Assembly (NCBI GenBank): GCA_035934195.1
Contig: DASYYD010000185.1
Span: forward strand, 1-41,657
Reading direction: 5' to 3'
From: Stellaceae bacterium
GTDB lineage: Bacteria; Pseudomonadota; Alphaproteobacteria; ATCC43930; CGMCC-115725
Length of the DNA: 41,657 bases
Shown: one piece after another, positions 26,947 to 36,054 of the stretch
How positions within the stretch are numbered: the stretch's first letter is position 1
Layout: each line of letters starts with the position of its first letter
Translations under genes and position numbers: made by a program
The notes under the pieces: model-generated
The model's input: the letters and a program-made list of their open reading frames with translations, nothing else
What the model was told of the DNA's origin: nothing
Databases searched by the model: none

Positions 26947-27989
26947 CGGCTGCTTCGAGGATCCGGGGCGCGCCGCCTCGCCGGCGGCAGATGGCGGTCG
27001 AGCCAGCGCGCAATCGGGGCGAGGGCGGGCTCGCGCAGATCCTCCTCGAGCAGCCGCCAGACGCGCGGAATGTGCGGCAGGTAGTGCGGCTTGCCGTCGC
27101 GCCGCCACAGGCGCGTGAAGATGCCGATGATCTTGGCGTTGCGCTGGGCGGCGAGGATCGCGGCGGCCTGCCGGAAGTGGGCGCGGTCGCGCCCCGGGAA
27201 GGCGTCGAGATAGCGCTCGGCTGCGCGCTCGCGCAGGGCCGGCGGCACGTCGCGCCGCGCGTCTTCGAGCAGCGAGACGAGATCGTAGGCGGGGTGCCCC
27301 ACCACCGCGTCCTGGAAATCGAGCAGCCCGCAGCCGCGCACGCCGGGCCGGTCCGCCAGCAGCATCAGATTATCGACATGGTAGTCGCGCAAGACGAGGG
27401 TAGGGGGCGAGGGCGCAGCCTCCCGCAAGACGCCGCGCCACAGCCCGAGATAGTCGTCGCGCGCCGCCGCGCCGAGCCGCTCGCCCGTCGCCGCCGGATA
27501 ATACCAGTCGGCAAGGAGCGCCGCCTCGGCGAGGAGCCGAGCTTCGTCGTAGGGCGGCAAATCCGGGGCGCCCATGGCCGCGACGGCCTGTTGCAGCGCG
27601 ACGAGGGTGTCGACCGCAAGGCGATAGAGCGCTTCTTCGTCGGCGCCGCGCGCGATGAGGCGCGTATAGGTGTCGTCGCCGAAATCTTCGACGAGCAGGA
27701 AGCCGCCGGCGCGGTCCTCCGCCATCACTTCGGGGGCGCTGAAGCCGAGGCGCCGCAGCAGCGCCGCGACCGCGATGTACGGCCCGACCTCTTCCTGCGG
27801 CGGCGGAGCGTCCATCAGGACGGCGCGGCGGCCGCCATCGACGAGGCGATGATAGGTGCGGAACGAGGCGTCGGCGGTGAGCGGCCGGGGGGTCACGCCG
27901 CGCCAGCCGCTCATGTCGAGGAAATGCCGCATCGCCTGCTGCCGCGGCGCTGTCTCGGCGAGGGGCGCGAGCGTGGCTGAGCTAGGCAT
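26943..27989 (-). CDS. amgK: Aminoglycoside-phosphotransferase-fold kinase, AmgK-like (anomeric MurNAc/GlcNAc kinase)
   Basis: APH/choline-kinase motifs: LVLRDYHVDNLM (catalytic loop) and GLLDFQDA. It lies between tsaE and murU. Confidence 0.75.
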   Translation of the reverse strand: MPSSATLAPLAETAPRQQAMRHFLDMSGWRGVTPRPLTADASFRTYHRLVDGGRRAVLMDAPPPQEEVGPYIAVAALLRRLGFSAPEVMAEDRAGGFLLVEDFGDDTYTRLIARGADEEALYRLAVDTLVALQQAVAAMGAPDLPPYDEARLLAEAALLADWYYPAATGERLGAAARDDYLGLWRGVLREAAPSPPTLVLRDYHVDNLMLLADRPGVRGCGLLDFQDAVVGHPAYDLVSLLEDARRDVPPALRERAAERYLDAFPGRDRAHFRQAAAILAAQRNAKIIGIFTRLWRRDGKPHYLPHIPRVWRLLEEDLREPALAPIARWLDRHLPPARRRAPDPRSSR

Positions 27990-28446
27990 CGGCGGTCATT
28001 CGGGAGAGCCGCTGCCGCCATGCCGCGCCGCCCGAAAGCGTCGCGCGCCGGGATTGCGGCGCGTCGCCGAAGGCGAGGCCAACCGCCAGGCGCCGCCGCG
28101 GCAGCAGGGGGCCGAGCCGTTCCGGCCATTCGATCAGCGAGATGCCTTCGGCAAAAGCCTCTTCGATGCCGAGTTCCCAGGCTTCCTCCGCCGCTTCCAG
28201 GCGATACAGGTCGAAATGCCACACCGCCGCGCCGGGCAAGTCATAGACCTGAACGAGCGTGAAGGTGGGGCTCGGCACTTCCTCGCCGCCGCCGCGGGCG
28301 CGGATGAAGGCGCGCGCGAAGCTCGTCTTGCCGGTCCCGAGCTCGCCGCAAAGGGCGATCACGTCGCCCGCCCGGGCATGCGCGGCGAGCCCCTTCGCGA
28401 GCGCCCCGGTCGCCGCCTCGTCCGGCAAGTCTATGCTGATCGTCAC
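27982..28446 (-). CDS. tsaE: tRNA threonylcarbamoyladenosine (t6A) biosynthesis ATPase TsaE
   Basis: GTG start at 28446. P-loop LCGELGTGKTSFAR, then SPTFTLVQVY and HFDLYRL. Confidence 0.9.
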   Translation of the reverse strand: MTISIDLPDEAATGALAKGLAAHARAGDVIALCGELGTGKTSFARAFIRARGGGEEVPSPTFTLVQVYDLPGAAVWHFDLYRLEAAEEAWELGIEEAFAEGISLIEWPERLGPLLPRRRLAVGLAFGDAPQSRRATLSGGAAWRQRLSRMTADA

Positions 28447-28546
28447 CTAAGCGTTGTATATCGTCGGCCCAATTACCCGCAAGATCTGCTTGGCTGCCCC
28501 GCGCCGCGCCTTGGCGCCTATCCCGCGCGGCGCTATGCTCCCCCGG

Positions 28547-29563
28547 ATGCAGAACGCTCGCCATAGCGCCGATGTGGCGATCATCGGCGCTGGCCCCGTC
28601 GGCCTTTTCGCGATCTTCGAATGCGGCATGCTCAACATGCGCTGCTGCCTGTTCGACGCGCTCGAAGTGCCCGGCGGGCAATGCGCCGCCCTCTATCCGG
28701 AAAAGCCGATCTACGACATCCCGGGATTCCCGCGAATCGGCGCGGCCGAGCTGGTGGCCCAGCTCGTCGAGCAGGCCGCGCCCTTTGATCCCGACTACCG
28801 GCTGGGGAGCGCGGTCACCGGGCTGGAGCGGACGGAAGCGGGCTTCGTCGTTGCGAATGCGGCCGAAGAGCGCGTCGCGGTGCGCGCCGTCGTCATCGCC
28901 GCCGGGGCCGGCGCCTTCGGGCCGAACCGGCCGCCGCTTGCCGGCCTCGAAGCCTTCGAGGGCAGCAGCGTCTTCTACCTGGTGCGGCGCCGCGAGGATT
29001 TCCGCGGCCGCCGCGTCGTCATCGCCGGCGGCGGCGATTCCGCGGTCGATTGGGCATTGTCGCTCGCCGAGGCCGCCGAGCAGGTGACGCTCGTCCACCG
29101 CCGCGCCAAATTCCGCGCCGCCCCGCAATCGGTCGAGCGGCTCCACGAACTGGCGCGATCGGGCCGCGTCGAAATCGTCGTCCCCTACCAGCTCTCGGCG
29201 ATCGAAGGAAAGGGCGGCGAACTCGAAGCCGTGGTCGTCGCCGATCTCGACGGCGGGACGCGGCGCATCGCCGCCGACCGGCTGCTCGCCTTGTTCGGGC
29301 TCGCGACCGATCTCGGGCCGCTCGCCGCCTGGGATCTCGCGCTCGACCGCGACCGCGTCGCCGTCGATCCGGCGACCTGCGCGACCTCGCGGCCGGGCGT
29401 CTTCGCGATCGGCGACATCGCGAGCTATCCGGGCAAGCTGAAGCTGATCCTCTCCGGCTTTGCCGAGGCGGCGATGGCGGCGCACGCGATCCACCCGCTC
29501 GTCCATCGGGGCCAGCCGCTGCATTTCGAATATTCGACGACGAAAGGCGTGCCGGGGCGCTGA
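28547..29563 (+). CDS. Thioredoxin-reductase-like ferredoxin-NADP(+) reductase
   Basis: FAD motif VAIIGAGPVGLFA and NADPH motif VVIAGGGDSAVDWA. There is no CxxC redox pair at the TrxB position (sequence there is SVFYLVRRREDF). C-terminal HFEYSTT. ATG 28535 is an alternative start. Confidence 0.8.
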   Translation: MQNARHSADVAIIGAGPVGLFAIFECGMLNMRCCLFDALEVPGGQCAALYPEKPIYDIPGFPRIGAAELVAQLVEQAAPFDPDYRLGSAVTGLERTEAGFVVANAAEERVAVRAVVIAAGAGAFGPNRPPLAGLEAFEGSSVFYLVRRREDFRGRRVVIAGGGDSAVDWALSLAEAAEQVTLVHRRAKFRAAPQSVERLHELARSGRVEIVVPYQLSAIEGKGGELEAVVVADLDGGTRRIAADRLLALFGLATDLGPLAAWDLALDRDRVAVDPATCATSRPGVFAIGDIASYPGKLKLILSGFAEAAMAAHAIHPLVHRGQPLHFEYSTTKGVPGR

Positions 29564-29580
29564 CGGCGCCCCCGGCCGGC

Positions 29581-31926
29581 TCAGCGGGCGGCGGTTGCGG
29601 CGGCGGCCGGGGTCGCCGGCAGCCGGCAGATCACCCGCGTTCCCTCGCCCGGCGCCGATTCGAGCGTGACGCTGCCGCCGTGCAGCTCGATGAGGCTCTT
29701 GACGAGCGACAGCCCGAGGCCGGCGCCGGATTGGCGGGCGCGCCGGTCGCCGCGCTCGAACTTCTCGAAAACCCGGCCGTGATCCGTCGCGGCAATGCCG
29801 ATCCCGGTGTCGGCGACGGTCAGCACCACCTCGCTGCCCAACCGCTCCGCCGCGATCGTGATCGTGCCGCCCGGCGGGGTGAACTTGACGGCGTTCGACA
29901 CCAGGTTGAAGAGCGCCTGCCGCAGCCGCCGCTCGTCGCCCTCGATGGTGCCGACATCGGGGGGATAGCGGGCGAGAAGCGTCAATTCCTGGCTGCGCGC
30001 CCGCTCGCGGGTCAGGGTCAGCACGCTTTCGATGATCGCGGACAGGTCTGTCTCGGCCGTCTCCAGCACCATATAGCCCGCCTCGATCGTCGCCAGATCG
30101 AGGATGTCGTTGATCAGCGTCATCAGCTGCTGCGCACCGTCGAGGATGCCGCGGCTGTATTCGAGCTGCCGCGGGTTGAGGTCGCCGAAATAGCGGTTCG
30201 CCAGGATCTCGGCGAAGCCGATCACGGCGTTGAGCGGCGTGCGCAATTCGTAGGACACGTTGGCGATGAACTCGCTCTTCAGCCGGTCCATGGTCTCCAG
30301 GGCCTCGTTGCGCTCGCGCAATGCCCGCTCGACCCGCGCCGTGTCGCTGACATCGAGGCAGGTGAACAGCATGTTGCCGTCGGGCAGCGGCACGGTGGCG
30401 AGTTGCAGGCTCGAACCGTCGCGCCGCTCAAGCGGCTCGATCGATGGCGCGCGGGTCGTGATCTTCTCGATGATGTCCGCCTTTCGCGCCGGCCAGTCGG
30501 CGCCGCCGTCGAGATAGGGGCGCACCTTCTCGACGATGTCGGCGATGTGCGGCTCGCCCGCGAGGTCGCCCTCCTTCAACCCCCAGATCTGGCGGTATGC
30601 CGGGTTGTGCAGCTTCATTCGGCCGTCGCTGCCGAAGACCGCGATCCCTTCGTGAAGGTTGTCGAGGGTTGCGCGCTGCACCTCGGCGAGCGTGTTGTAG
30701 GATCGCTCCAGCGCCAGCCGGTCGGTCACGTCCTCATAGACGAAGGTGAGGCCGCCGAACGGGTGCGGCGTCATCAAGAGGCGCAAGGTGCGCCCGTCGG
30801 GCAGGTGGAGGAGTTCCTCCAACGGCTCGATCAGCGACGTGAAAAGCTCGATGTGCTCACGCTTGAAGGCCGGAAAATCGGTGACTTCGGGGATATGCCG
30901 CGCTTCGCGTAGCCGCTCCAGGACCTCGTCGAGCAGGGGCTCCGCCGCCAGCCACTCCTCCTCGATGCCCCACAAGGCGGCGAAACCGGCGTTGGCGAAT
31001 TTCAGTCGCCGGTCGGCGCCATAGATGGCAACCGCCGTTTGGATGCTCTCGAGCACTCCGGCATGCGCCTCGATGTGCCGGGAAAGCTCGGTCTCGGCGG
31101 TCTCGACGTCGGTGCGATCGACGGCGTAGCCGATCGTGCCGCCGGTCGGAACCGGGATCTCGGTGATTTCGACGAGCCGGCGCTCGCCGGCGATCACCAG
31201 ATGACGCCGTTCGCTGCGCGGCCCGGAAAGGGCGCTCGCGGCAAAGCGCAGCGCCTCCTCGCGGCCGCCGCGCGCGGCGAGCTCGCGGGCTTCGGCGATG
31301 ACGGTGTCGCGCGAGGCGTCGAGCGCGGCGGCGTAAGCCGGGTTGCAGTCGACGATCGCAAGGTCCATGCCGCGCTGCCACATCGGCAGCGGCATCGCGT
31401 CGAAAACCTCGCCGAGGCGCGCGAGCCGCGCCTCGTCCTGCGCGCGGGCGCTTTTCTCGGCGATTTCGGCGGAGACATCGGCGAGCCACAGCACGCTGCC
31501 GCCCGCCGCGGTGCGCCGGCCGTCGATCCGGTACGCGGCGCCCGCCCTTGCCGTCGCGACCGTCGAGAACGGAATGCCGTCGGCGGTGAGCGCGGAGCGC
31601 GCCGCTTCTATGCGCGCCGCCTCGCCGTTATCGAAGCGGCCGAGGAAATCGCGGTAGCTCGGGGTCCCGATCGTCGCCGCCTGGCCGAGCCCGCTCGCCG
31701 CCTCAGCCGCCTCGCCCGGCCGCCAGTGAAAGGCGGCGAGCGGGCTCGTTTCAGCGAGGCCGGCGAGTTCGTCGCGCTGCCGCGCGCACTCGACGGCGGC
31801 GTTCTCGATCGCCCGCCGCCGCCGGCGGGCATCGAACAGCAACGCGCCGAGAAGCACAACGACGAGAACCAATCCGCCGGCGAGGCCGATCACGCCGCAC
31901 GTCCCCCCTGTCATCCCGCCGGACAC
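29581..31926 (-). CDS. divL: DivL-type multi-PAS sensor kinase homologue with Tyr replacing the phospho-acceptor His
   Basis: N-terminal TM segment and several PAS-like repeats. The H-box reads FIANVSYELRTPLNAV, with the Tyr codon TAC at 30250-30252. The N, G1, F and G2 boxes are intact (NLVSNAVKF, DTGIGI, FEKFERG, GAGLGLSLV). GTG start at 31926, or ATG at 31914. Confidence 0.7.
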   Translation of the reverse strand: MSGGMTGGTCGVIGLAGGLVLVVVLLGALLFDARRRRRAIENAAVECARQRDELAGLAETSPLAAFHWRPGEAAEAASGLGQAATIGTPSYRDFLGRFDNGEAARIEAARSALTADGIPFSTVATARAGAAYRIDGRRTAAGGSVLWLADVSAEIAEKSARAQDEARLARLGEVFDAMPLPMWQRGMDLAIVDCNPAYAAALDASRDTVIAEARELAARGGREEALRFAASALSGPRSERRHLVIAGERRLVEITEIPVPTGGTIGYAVDRTDVETAETELSRHIEAHAGVLESIQTAVAIYGADRRLKFANAGFAALWGIEEEWLAAEPLLDEVLERLREARHIPEVTDFPAFKREHIELFTSLIEPLEELLHLPDGRTLRLLMTPHPFGGLTFVYEDVTDRLALERSYNTLAEVQRATLDNLHEGIAVFGSDGRMKLHNPAYRQIWGLKEGDLAGEPHIADIVEKVRPYLDGGADWPARKADIIEKITTRAPSIEPLERRDGSSLQLATVPLPDGNMLFTCLDVSDTARVERALRERNEALETMDRLKSEFIANVSYELRTPLNAVIGFAEILANRYFGDLNPRQLEYSRGILDGAQQLMTLINDILDLATIEAGYMVLETAETDLSAIIESVLTLTRERARSQELTLLARYPPDVGTIEGDERRLRQALFNLVSNAVKFTPPGGTITIAAERLGSEVVLTVADTGIGIAATDHGRVFEKFERGDRRARQSGAGLGLSLVKSLIELHGGSVTLESAPGEGTRVICRLPATPAAAATAAR

Positions 31927-32007
31927 TATTTTGCCCTAACGCGGCGCGATATTCGATCGTTTCGGCGATTGACAAGATATGACGATCGTGCCGCGCGAGC
32001 CCGCGGC

Positions 32008-33318
32008 TCAGTAACGATAGTGCTCCGGCTTGAAGGGGCCGGCGCGGTCGAGGCCGAGATAGCGCGCCTGCGCGGGGTTGAGCCTTGTCAGCTTGGCGCC
32101 GAGCTTGGCGAGGTGCAGCGCGGCGACCTTCTCGTCGAGATGCTTCGGCAGCACGTAGACTTCGTTTCCGTATTTGCCGTGGTTGGTCCACAGCTCGATC
32201 TGCGCCAGCACCTGGTTGGTGAAGGAGGCGCTCATCACGAAGCTCGGATGGCCGGTCGCGCATCCGAGGTTGACGAGCCGGCCCTTGGCCAGGACGATCA
32301 GCCGCTTGCCGTCGGGGAAGACCACCTCGTCGACCTGCGGCTTTACCTCTTCCCACGGGTAGTTGCGCAGCGAATCGATCTGGATCTCGCTGTCGAAGTG
32401 GCCGATGTTGCAGACGATGGCGCGGTCCTTCATGTGCCGCATGTGGTCGATCGTGATGACGTCGATGTTGCCGGTCGCGGTGACGAAGATGTCGCCCGCG
32501 GGCGCCGCCTCGTCCATCGTCGTCACCTGATAGCCCTCCATCGCCGCCTGCAGCGCGCAGATCGGATCGACTTCGGTGACCAGCACCCGCGCGCCCTGGC
32601 CGCGCAAGCTCGCCGCCGAGCCCTTGCCGACGTTGCCGAAGCCGCAGACGACGGCGACCTTGCCGGCGAGCATCACGTCGGTCGCCCGCTTGATGCCGTC
32701 GATGAGGCTCTCGCGGCAGCCGTAGAGGTTGTCGAACTTCGACTTGGTGACGCTGTCGTTGACGTTGATCGCCGGCGCCTTGAGCGCGCCTGTCCGCATC
32801 ATCTCATAAAGCCGGCCGACGCCGGTCGTCGTCTCCTCCGAGATGCCGCGGACGCCTTCGAGCAGGTCGTGGTGGTTCTCGTGCAGGATCTTGGTCGCGT
32901 CGCCGCCGTCGTCGAGGACCATGTTCGGGGTCCAGCCGGCAAAGGGGCCCTCGGCCGGCCCGCGCAGGGTCTGCTCGATGCACCATTCGTATTCCTCTTC
33001 GCTCTCGCCCTTCCAGGCGAAGACCGGGACGCCCCGCGCCGCCATCGCGGCGGCCGCGTGGTCCTGCGTCGAGAAGATGTTGCACGAGCTCCAGCGCACG
33101 CTCGCCCCGAGATGCATCAGGGTCTCGATCAGCACCGCGGTCTGGATCGTCATGTGCAGGCAGCCGACGACGCGCGCGCCTGCGAGCGGCCGGGCGGCCC
33201 CGAATTCCTCGCGCAGCGCCATCAGCCCGGGCATCTCGGTCTCGGCGATCGCGATCTCGCGCCGCCCCCAATCGGCGAGCGAGATGTCGGCGACCTTGTA
33301 GTCGTGGCTGTCGGGCAT
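32008..33318 (-). CDS. ahcY: S-adenosyl-L-homocysteine hydrolase (short form)
   Basis: Motifs: [39 protein letters not shown] (NAD site), HFDSEI, and C-terminal [15 protein letters not shown] lies ~9 nt upstream of the ATG. Confidence 0.96.
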   Translation of the reverse strand: MPDSHDYKVADISLADWGRREIAIAETEMPGLMALREEFGAARPLAGARVVGCLHMTIQTAVLIETLMHLGASVRWSSCNIFSTQDHAAAAMAARGVPVFAWKGESEEEYEWCIEQTLRGPAEGPFAGWTPNMVLDDGGDATKILHENHHDLLEGVRGISEETTTGVGRLYEMMRTGALKAPAINVNDSVTKSKFDNLYGCRESLIDGIKRATDVMLAGKVAVVCGFGNVGKGSAASLRGQGARVLVTEVDPICALQAAMEGYQVTTMDEAAPAGDIFVTATGNIDVITIDHMRHMKDRAIVCNIGHFDSEIQIDSLRNYPWEEVKPQVDEVVFPDGKRLIVLAKGRLVNLGCATGHPSFVMSASFTNQVLAQIELWTNHGKYGNEVYVLPKHLDEKVAALHLAKLGAKLTRLNPAQARYLGLDRAGPFKPEHYRY

Positions 33319-33368
33319 CGGACCGTCTCTCCTCGATGGGGGCTGAACAGAGAGATATAGAGATATCT

Positions 33369-33473
33369 TTATGTCGTCAATTGACTGAGACGACCGAGGC
33401 CCAGTTCGGCGGAACGGCCGCGCTCGCGGATGTCGGCGGGGATGGTCACCTGACCCTTGGAGGTAATGCGCAT
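33369..33473 (-). pseudogene. AbrB/MazE/SpoVT-type antitoxin N-terminal remnant (34 codons)
   Basis: My own translation; the ORF is too short for the supplied track. ATG at 33473: [34 protein letters not shown]. The first 18 residues match the swapped-hairpin DNA-binding motif (S/T)KGQ(V/I)TIP..IRE. The rest of the domain and any toxin partner are absent. Confidence 0.4.
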
Positions 33474-33481
33474 GCCCGCCT

Positions 33482-35284
33482 TCAATGCGGCCAGGCGACG
33501 GCGTTGAAATCGTCGAGGAGGGCGGCGATGCGGCCCGAATCGGTCTGGTCCATGATCGCCCGCGCGCGCCGCGTCGCGGCCACCATGTCGAGGCTGCGGA
33601 TGCGCTGCTTGACGCGCGGGATGTTGCGCGGCGACATCGACAGGTTGCGCAGCCCGAGGCCGAGCAGGAGGGCCGTGTAGCGCGGCTCGCCCGCCATCTC
33701 GCCGCAGACGCTGACCGGCATATGGTGGCGCAACGCCGCCGCGACGGCGAATTGGATGAGGCGCAAGACGGCCGGGTGCAGCGGGTTGTAGAGGTAGGCG
33801 ACCTCCTCGTCGCTGCGGTCGATGGCGAGGGTGTACTGCACGAGGTCGTTGGTGCCGATGGCGAAGAAATCGGCCTCGGCCGCGAGCGCGTCGGCGGCGA
33901 GCGCGGCCCCCGGCACCTCGATCATCGCGCCCAGGGGGGGCAGCGCGCTCGGCAGCTTGACGCCGCGCCGCTTCAGTCGCCGCGCTACCTGATCCATCGC
34001 CGTGCGCACTTGGCGGATCTCGCCCGCATTCGAGATCATCGGCAACAGGATGCGCACGGGCCCGTCGCAGGCGGCGCGCAGCATCGCCGCGAGCTGCGCG
34101 TCCAACAGCCGCCGATCCTTCAGCGACAGGCGAATGGCGCGCAAGCCGAGCGCCGGGTTCGCCGGCTCGTTGCCGGTATAGTCCGAGAGGGACTGCGCGA
34201 TCTTGTCGCCGCCGACATCGAGCGTGCGGATCGTCACCGGCTTTCCCTCCATGCCGCGCACCAAGGCCGAGAAGACGGCGTACTGCTCCTCTTCGCCCGG
34301 CAGGTCGTCGCGGTTCATGTAGAGGAATTCCGAACGCACCAGGCCCAGCCCAACGGCCCCGTTGGCGAGCGCCTGGTCGAGCTCGATCGGCAATTCGAGA
34401 TTGCCTTCGAGCGCGATCTCGAGGCCGTCGCGGCTCACCGCCGGGAGCTTTTTGAGCCGTGCGAGGTTCTTCTGTTCGCGAACGAGCGCATCGCGCCGCG
34501 TCTCGTATTCGCGGATCGTGTGCGGCGACGGATCGATGATGACCGTCCCTTCGCTGCCGTCGATCAGCACCCTCTCGCCGCTCTTCGTGCGTTCGAGCAG
34601 CCCCTCGACGGCGAGCACCGCCGGCATGCCCAATGCGCGGGCGACGATGGCGGTATGGCTTTCCGCGCCTCCGAAGACCGTCGCGAAGCCGGCGATGCGC
34701 TGCGGGTCCATGACCGCGGCGTCGGCCGGGCTGATTTCCTCGGCCAGCACGAGCGCCCCTGCGGTCGCCGGCGAATAGGCGAGATAGGGCTTCTTGATCA
34801 GGTTGCGGATAAGGCGCGCGCCGACGACGCGGATGTCCTCGATGCGGGCCGCGAGGTAGGCGTCCGGCATCTTGGCGAAAGTCTCGCCGAGACCGGCGAT
34901 CTCGATCTGAACGGCGCGCTCGGCATTGAGGCGCGCCTTGGCGATGCGGGCGTCGACGCCGCGGGTGAGGCGCGAATTCGCCAGCATCGCGATATGCGCG
35001 TCGAACAGATAGCCGATCTCCTCGGCGGCGGAGCCCGGCAGGGTCGCCGCCCGCGCCTTGAGCTTGCGCAATTGTTTGAGCGCGGCGTTCTTGGCTTCGG
35101 CGAAACGCGCCTGCTCGCCTGCGACCTCGGCTTCCGGGATATGCCTCTCGCTGACCGGCAGCTCGTCGGCCACGCCGATATAGGCGGGGCCGATCGCGAT
35201 CCCCGGGGAAACGCCCAGACCCGATAATCTGCGCTCCGCGCCGGCACTCTGCCGGGTGCCGCCGCAGCTGTCCTCAAGCCTCAT
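33482..35284 (-). CDS. ptsI: Phosphoenolpyruvate-protein phosphotransferase (PTS Enzyme I, no GAF domain)
   Basis: Phospho-His region [19 protein letters not shown], then [13 protein letters not shown] and SVCGEMAG. Its start overlaps the HPr stop by 11 nt. Confidence 0.9.
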   Translation of the reverse strand: MRLEDSCGGTRQSAGAERRLSGLGVSPGIAIGPAYIGVADELPVSERHIPEAEVAGEQARFAEAKNAALKQLRKLKARAATLPGSAAEEIGYLFDAHIAMLANSRLTRGVDARIAKARLNAERAVQIEIAGLGETFAKMPDAYLAARIEDIRVVGARLIRNLIKKPYLAYSPATAGALVLAEEISPADAAVMDPQRIAGFATVFGGAESHTAIVARALGMPAVLAVEGLLERTKSGERVLIDGSEGTVIIDPSPHTIREYETRRDALVREQKNLARLKKLPAVSRDGLEIALEGNLELPIELDQALANGAVGLGLVRSEFLYMNRDDLPGEEEQYAVFSALVRGMEGKPVTIRTLDVGGDKIAQSLSDYTGNEPANPALGLRAIRLSLKDRRLLDAQLAAMLRAACDGPVRILLPMISNAGEIRQVRTAMDQVARRLKRRGVKLPSALPPLGAMIEVPGAALAADALAAEADFFAIGTNDLVQYTLAIDRSDEEVAYLYNPLHPAVLRLIQFAVAAALRHHMPVSVCGEMAGEPRYTALLLGLGLRNLSMSPRNIPRVKQRIRSLDMVAATRRARAIMDQTDSGRIAALLDDFNAVAWPH

Positions 35285-35597
35285 CGAATTTGCATTCGAT
35301 CAGATCGGCGAGGGCCGTCACCGCCGCCTGCGCTTGTCGCCCGGTGGCGGTCAACTCGACGATCGTTCCGGCGGCGGCGGCCAGCATCATCAGCCCCATG
35401 ATCGAGCGGCCGGATACTGCCGTGCCGTTCTTGCGCACCATGACCTCGGCGTCGAATTGCGCCGCGGTCTTGACGAAGCGGGCGGCGGCGCGCGCATGCA
35501 GGCCTTTCTGGTTGCAGATCGTCGCGAGCCGGCGGGCGGTCGGGCCCGGCGAGGGCGCGGCGGCGCCCCCGTCCTTGACGCCCGAACCGTCGTTCAT
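35274..35597 (-). CDS. ptsH: HPr-family phosphocarrier protein
   Basis: Active-site KGLHARAAARF (His) and GRSIMGLMML (the Ser targeted by HprK). ATGA overlap with the EIIA gene. Confidence 0.85.
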   Translation of the reverse strand: MNDGSGVKDGGAAAPSPGPTARRLATICNQKGLHARAAARFVKTAAQFDAEVMVRKNGTAVSGRSIMGLMMLAAAAGTIVELTATGRQAQAAVTALADLIECKFDEA

Positions 35598-36001
35598 CGG
35601 CGCGCGTCGCTCAACAGCTGCGAGGCGACGTTGATGTATTTGCGCCCGGCCTCCTGCGCGCCGAGCACCGCCCGTTCGATGCTTTCGCTCTGCCTGAGGC
35701 TCGCGAGCTTGATCAGCATCGGCAGGTTGATGCCGGCGATCACCTCGATCTTGGCGCGGTCCATGACCGAGATCGCGAGGTTCGACGGCGTGCCGCCGAA
35801 CATGTCGGTCAACAGGACCGCGCCGTCGCCGCTGTCGACCTCGGCGATCGAGCGCAGAATGTCGAGCCGGCGCGCCTCCATGTCGTCGTCCGGGCCGATG
35901 CAGACCGCGGCAATCTGCGATTGCGGGCCGACGACGTGCTCGAGCGCGGCGACAAACTCCGCCGCGAGCCGTCCATGCGTCACCAGCACCATGCCGATCA
36001 T
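35594..36001 (-). CDS. PTS EIIA component, mannose/fructose family (soluble; no EIIB/C/D partner in the window)
   Basis: Internal ATG at 36001. Motifs MVLVTHGRLA (phospho-His), LLTDMFGGTPSN and GINLPML. Confidence 0.85.
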   Translation of the reverse strand: MIGMVLVTHGRLAAEFVAALEHVVGPQSQIAAVCIGPDDDMEARRLDILRSIAEVDSGDGAVLLTDMFGGTPSNLAISVMDRAKIEVIAGINLPMLIKLASLRQSESIERAVLGAQEAGRKYINVASQLLSDARR

Positions 36002-36054
36002 CAGTCCCTCTAGAGCTTCCTCTGGTGGGGTCGCGCCTTCCCGGCCGCGGCGGC

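Noticed and set aside
29551-29576. GC hairpin (gccggggcgc ... gcgcccccggc) between the convergent FNR gene and divL.
   Set aside because: It overlaps the FNR stop codon, contains a bulge and has no flanking T or A runs. It may be structural, but it cannot be called a bidirectional terminator from sequence alone.
33319-33480. Possible SAH riboswitch upstream of ahcY.
   Set aside because: Only about 50 nt separate the ATG from the antitoxin-like remnant, and that stretch is AT-rich. I could not find the GC-rich pseudoknot core expected for an SAH riboswitch.
33336-33680. A 114-aa plus-strand ORF spanning the ahcY-ptsI spacer.
   Set aside because: It has no motifs. Most of it is antisense to the conserved 3' end of ptsI, and the spacer is better explained by the minus-strand AbrB-like remnant.
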